From assembly GCA_945871895.1 (NCBI GenBank), contig CAMBXP010000002.1, forward strand, positions 4,308 through 68,307: a DNA stretch of 64,000 nucleotides, given 5' to 3'. Of this stretch, positions 60,701-64,000 are shown in pieces (the stretch's first letter is position 1; each line of letters starts with the position of its first letter). The notes beneath the pieces were generated by a model that was not told the origin of the DNA, did no database searches, and saw only the letters and a list, made by a program, of their open reading frames with translations. Both the position numbers and the translations under genes were made by a program. Source of the stretch: Chryseobacterium gleum. Its GTDB lineage: Bacteria; Bacteroidota; Bacteroidia; Flavobacteriales_C; GCA-002722245.

Positions 60701-63700
60701 TGATCGTTTTACTACAAGTAGTGATATAGATGAAACAAAAATTAATCATGCCGAGATAACTGATTTATGGGTTGAAGGTGGCATCCAGCAGCGATATGAT
60801 TCCTATTTCAACACTAATTCTGCTAATGTAACATACGGTGGGCATACAGGCACGATGTTATATGTTGCTACTCAAGTTGCCAAAGAGTTATTTAAAGTAA
60901 ATACTCCCGATAATGAGCAAATTTGGAAAATATATAAAATGTTGTATTTACAATTGCGTAATTCATTCTTAACCAACGTAAAAATTCGTTTTAAAAACCA
61001 ATATGGTGGTACTTGTAAGCAGATAATGCACCAAACAGGAGCACCTGTAATCGATCAAACGAAATTATTGTCAGGTGAAGCTTTGTATACCTACAGTGGT
61101 TCAGGCTCAAAAACTTTCGAAATTCGTATTCCCGATTTTAGTTTGTTTTCTCAAAATTCCATTCCTGCTTTAGTTGACGCACTTCCACAGCCAGCTGAGC
61201 CAAACTCGGTAGCAAATGTTATTTCAAATCCATCTAATGGTATTGTTGACAAAATGATGAATGATGGGGTGGGTTCGGCAATGCTTAATTCATGTTCTGG
61301 TCCGCACACAAACAATTGGGTTCAAGAGAGTAACTGGTATTTTGGAGATGGTTTGATGGCTAGTTTTAAAAATGGTAGAGAAGAAATGAAATTAAGTACA
61401 TATCCTTATGACCCAAATATTAAAGAAACTAGAGCCTACGAAGGAACATCTGTAGTGAGTGATAAAAATGGTAATGTATTGTTTTATACTAATGGAGTGA
61501 GATTGTGGGATGCCCTCGACAAAGAACTAACAAGTCCTGGAAATTTATTACATGCTGGGAGAGAAGAACCTTATCTGCCAACGAGTGGAACTAGCGCATT
61601 ACAAGGGGTTATGTTTGTTAAACACCCAAAAAATGATAATAAGGTATATGTATTTACAGTAGATGATAATGAAACTGATTTGGCGCATCAGCAGGGATTT
61701 AAATACCGAGTTTTAGATTTACAGTTAAACACTCTTTCTGTGGCTTATGATTTGGGTATTGCTAGAACATCAGAAAATATTGATGCTACTTTCCATAATA
61801 ATGGCACTGATGTTTGGATTACAACAAGAGAATCTGTTAAAGATCCTGCAAACGTTAGTTTAGGTCGTTCAAGGTTCTTTTCGTACTTATTAACTGCTAA
61901 TGGCTTGCAAACTACTCCGGTAATTTCAGATTTAAGTAACGAAGTTGTAGCAATGTATGAAGATAATCTAGGTAATACAGTCCCATTACTTAACAATTTT
62001 GGCAATCTAAGTAATGGTAATGGGGGGTGCATTGAACTAGAAATTGATAGAGGATGTTTAAAGTTTTCTTGGGATGGAAAGCAAGCCGTAACAACAAATC
62101 AATTGACTCAAGGGTTTCGCAATATGGTTCAGGGAATTGTTATTTACGATTTCAATAATAGCACAGGAACATTTAGCAAGCCTAAGCCTGTCGCACGAAA
62201 ATTAAATCGTTGGGGATATGGAGAACCTGTGTTTCAAGCAAATTATGATGTTGAATGGGCACCAAACAATAAAGGTTTTTATCTTTCTTCGCAAGGAAAA
62301 CTATTATATGTTCCAAGTCAATTTTCAACACAGCAAGAAATTAGTGATAGAATAGTGAGTGTTGGTGTATTGGAAGAAAGGAGTGATGTAAAAATTGGTG
62401 GCGATGGGAAATTATATGCAACAAATTGGAACAGAGATTACATTTTCGCTTTTTCAGGTGATATAAATTCACCATATGATTATCAAAAAAACAAAATGAA
62501 GCTAGTACGTTCCAAAATTAACATGCCAATCGATGCTAATGGCGTTCAAAGAACATCTGGAATGGGTTTCTCCAATCAGTTTATCCCTACTTGTAATGCT
62601 TCAGAAACTCTTTCCTCTACAAATTGTTTTTGCGATCAGTTACTGCAAATTAGAAATGAGGAATGGATGAGTCATTTTGGGGTGCCTGCCCCAGATACTA
62701 TCAATGAAAATGTTTATTTACAAGGAGACACAATCTTAGTGAATGATGCAACAGTGCGAAAATACATTTTAGAGAGATATCAAAAAATGTATCCGTATTT
62801 AAGCTCTCGCACACCTCATTACGAGAGCTACAAAGATGATTTAGAAGCAAATTATTTATCCGAACTAACCCACATTACTCCTTGGATGGCAGGATGTGCG
62901 TCGGGCAACTATTCATTTATGCAAGGCAATTATTACTTCTCGCAAGTGCCGCGACCAGCTCCAGAACTTCTAATCAAGTGCCCTCAAGTAGATTGTCACC
63001 AAGAAGCAAAAGCAAAAGCGCACAATGATGCACTTGCCGAATGGAACAGAAGTATTCATGATCATTTAGATGAATTCGAAAAAGATTATTACAAATCTTG
63101 TTTGCGTGGTACTGGTGAAATGAATGAAAACTTAACGGTAAGCTACACCAATAAAGAATACCAATATACATTATATTACTACGATTTAGCAGGTAACTTA
63201 GTAGCTACTGTTTATCCCGAAGGTGTTCGACCTATAGATGATGCAACCAAGTTGCAACAAATTAAAACATACCGCCATAAAGCTACAGGTACCCCAATTT
63301 ATTTGGCCAATCAGCATGTAATGCGACAAGTAAATTCTTTTACCTACAATACTTTAGGTGAGGTGAAAACCAGTGTAAGTGTAGACGGAGGTCCAAGTAA
63401 TTTTTATTACGATGATTTAGGCCGCCTTATGCTTAGTCAAAATGCTGAACAAATGAGTATCGATAAGAATCTAGGTCAATTTTTATATAGTTATACCACA
63501 TTCGATAAACTAGGAAGGATTAAAGAAACTGGCGAAGTATCAATTTATAGTATGCTAGAAGCCAATGATGATTTACTTAGAGGTAAAAGAAGCTTTGCAA
63601 CAGGAGGCGAAGGTTCCCTAAAAAGTTTCTATGCTTGGCTGCAATTGGGTACTAAAAAAGAAGTAACTCGGGTGCATTACGATAAACCATTGTTTAACGA

Positions 63701-64000
63701 TTACGCACACAATCAAGCATATGTGCAAGTTTTCCAAAACAATAAGGTTAACAAAGGTGATAAACACAATCGTAATAGAATTTCGGGAGTTGAGTACTTT
63801 GAAAATAGTCCATACGAAGAACTATCCGCCTCTGGTATGGCCAATTACTCAATGGCTTATTATTATGCCTACAATGAACATGGTTTAGCCCAAGTGTTTA
63901 CTCAAAATCATGCTGATTTAAAAGGAACCAAGCAACAGTTTAAAACTATAAGTTACGATTTTGATTTATTTACCGGTTTAGTTAAAAAGGTTTCTTATCA
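57786..64000 (+). CDS. RHS / YD-repeat protein (TcC- or teneurin-like), 5'-partial; continues beyond the window end
   Basis: Not in the ORF track because it has no stop inside the window. Translating by eye from the ATG at 57786 I met no in-frame stop up to 64000, which gives at least 2071 codons. Signal peptide MKSIISPLKIWLFAFLITLPTYVLNAQ. The distal part shows canonical YD repeats (YQYTLYYYDLAGNLVATVYPEG; FYYDDLGRLMLSQ; FTYNTLGEVKTS). Confidence 0.7.
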   Translation, partial: MKSIISPLKIWLFAFLITLPTYVLNAQGDFFRGANELQVGSVMEVVNTSNTPVGEYNPVVIKLKYDDLKIEESASDFKVKIDFTLRKFNENGTEISTAENGSLYLQHISGKKEVVDEQVYVGGTAHKAELTITAIAGDYFITDDMVLQMDIKQNITNTFNSLLAPSALACDFLKKQSDEEILFTWNYFESANSYELEWVFLSDEVSTPITTFTNELFNKATRVVTPNQHYSIAAPYSKGVLCYRVRALGEQSIPATSPAIYFPIKSEWSTIGNISVATGGNVAVFEKEKSWSYTAMYSSNGLKSEQISYVDATGRVRQQIVKDDANGNVIVGEQKYGYNGEPSIQVLPGIIPGKQLSYRQNFTKYNNQPFDKENFATDAKLAAPDPLDTNHNYFSSANPFKTDGLHSYVGDAEGYGYAQTLFDAQGRVTRVSGVGVNHKMGSNHEVEIWYGNPVQDELDRLFGNEVGYADHYSKVMTKDANGVVSTSYYNLSGQLIGTALAGTKPDKLEDLSNDNYTAEQQVSFNLAEHNEYREQTNSTVINHDFLSSVAQQYDFTYQVTREWYKNNCTGLTEYECKYILEVYVTDNQDNLIDLTINSGGVQTDFANGKFTKHLSGTDFNTNNYQMSFSANFGIGQYKIWKELRVDPAGYATAKANVLAQMQSGNSSCVENFSTLKQKYEDKYTRGLRCDGCEQECAELVNKYYSKYTPAGSTEVPFASAIRNLSTFTFSGEVLNYEFTEGTIVKPTTWDQNYAYCVAEKCIKGDVPDPQLSAVNCEGMKLMFMEDLQPYGQYFDNRGVNDLDDFYNSSWMRDHIVVDNNNGFDEFKYDAPYEKKLKNKGEVESYDIAKDKNFDGDGNEEIADDENGYETMRRNFKYGVWGGGEIGKLDHYGNWYRYHPEVCEYIYCDATKDYVNWQVGFLAKSFAVADDEVKSKDKTANAFGGVHLIDPLRESSNKDTVTQIIKEKINKNGDRFTTSSDIDETKINHAEITDLWVEGGIQQRYDSYFNTNSANVTYGGHTGTMLYVATQVAKELFKVNTPDNEQIWKIYKMLYLQLRNSFLTNVKIRFKNQYGGTCKQIMHQTGAPVIDQTKLLSGEALYTYSGSGSKTFEIRIPDFSLFSQNSIPALVDALPQPAEPNSVANVISNPSNGIVDKMMNDGVGSAMLNSCSGPHTNNWVQESNWYFGDGLMASFKNGREEMKLSTYPYDPNIKETRAYEGTSVVSDKNGNVLFYTNGVRLWDALDKELTSPGNLLHAGREEPYLPTSGTSALQGVMFVKHPKNDNKVYVFTVDDNETDLAHQQGFKYRVLDLQLNTLSVAYDLGIARTSENIDATFHNNGTDVWITTRESVKDPANVSLGRSRFFSYLLTANGLQTTPVISDLSNEVVAMYEDNLGNTVPLLNNFGNLSNGNGGCIELEIDRGCLKFSWDGKQAVTTNQLTQGFRNMVQGIVIYDFNNSTGTFSKPKPVARKLNRWGYGEPVFQANYDVEWAPNNKGFYLSSQGKLLYVPSQFSTQQEISDRIVSVGVLEERSDVKIGGDGKLYATNWNRDYIFAFSGDINSPYDYQKNKMKLVRSKINMPIDANGVQRTSGMGFSNQFIPTCNASETLSSTNCFCDQLLQIRNEEWMSHFGVPAPDTINENVYLQGDTILVNDATVRKYILERYQKMYPYLSSRTPHYESYKDDLEANYLSELTHITPWMAGCASGNYSFMQGNYYFSQVPRPAPELLIKCPQVDCHQEAKAKAHNDALAEWNRSIHDHLDEFEKDYYKSCLRGTGEMNENLTVSYTNKEYQYTLYYYDLAGNLVATVYPEGVRPIDDATKLQQIKTYRHKATGTPIYLANQHVMRQVNSFTYNTLGEVKTSVSVDGGPSNFYYDDLGRLMLSQNAEQMSIDKNLGQFLYSYTTFDKLGRIKETGEVSIYSMLEANDDLLRGKRSFATGGEGSLKSFYAWLQLGTKKEVTRVHYDKPLFNDYAHNQAYVQVFQNNKVNKGDKHNRNRISGVEYFENSPYEELSASGMANYSMAYYYAYNEHGLAQVFTQNHADLKGTKQQFKTISYDFDLFTGLVKKVSY

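Overview
This 64-kb window most likely comes from a low-GC Bacteroidota chromosome (Flavobacteriia- or Sphingobacteriia-like). Three things support that placement: TAnnTTTG-type -7 promoter boxes sit in front of several genes, one giant protein carries SprB repeats, and two genes encode DUF4143-type AAA ATPases. The first ~34 kb is a housekeeping backbone of confidently recognisable genes: hemB (partial), guaA, hemF, a TonB-dependent receptor, an M23 peptidase, a DEAD-box helicase with a Gly/Arg-rich tail, an ABC-F ATPase, 3-hydroxyacyl-CoA dehydrogenase, a ClpC/ClpB-type chaperone, gyrA, ruvX, def, a peptide-type ABC importer (binding protein plus two permeases), recF and a DUF721 gene. Inside this backbone are small accessory insertions. 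A 1.3-kb insert carrying a GNAT-like ORF and a 3' remnant of a RayT/IS200-like tyrosine transposase is bracketed by 131-bp direct repeats. Two paralogous DUF4143 ATPase cassettes, each with its own promoter box, sit between the ABC permease genes. Several short repeat families occur in intergenic regions: a tandem TTCAATGTT family, a GGGACAGATTATATGTT hairpin family, and a pair of near-identical terminators. The last ~28 kb (about 36.0 to 64.0 kb) is clearly accessory. It begins with a zeta-toxin-like P-loop protein translationally coupled to a small upstream ORF. An OmpH/Skp-like protein and a MORN-repeat protein follow. Next comes a type IV filament-like module: a GspK-like gene, two prepilin-type genes with Glu at +5, and a GspF/PilC platform gene, with no secretion ATPase or secretin gene in the window. 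After that come two paralogous small secreted proteins and an 1802-aa protein built from a DNRLRE domain, tandem Ig-like repeats and four SprB repeats. The locus ends with a 2014-aa SpvB-domain (TcB-like) protein, three small secreted proteins, and an RHS/YD-repeat protein with at least 2071 aa in the window that runs off the window end. This terminal region is the best candidate for an undescribed system: a TcB/TcC-like RHS encapsulation pair linked to a giant SprB-repeat adhesin and a pilus-like module.
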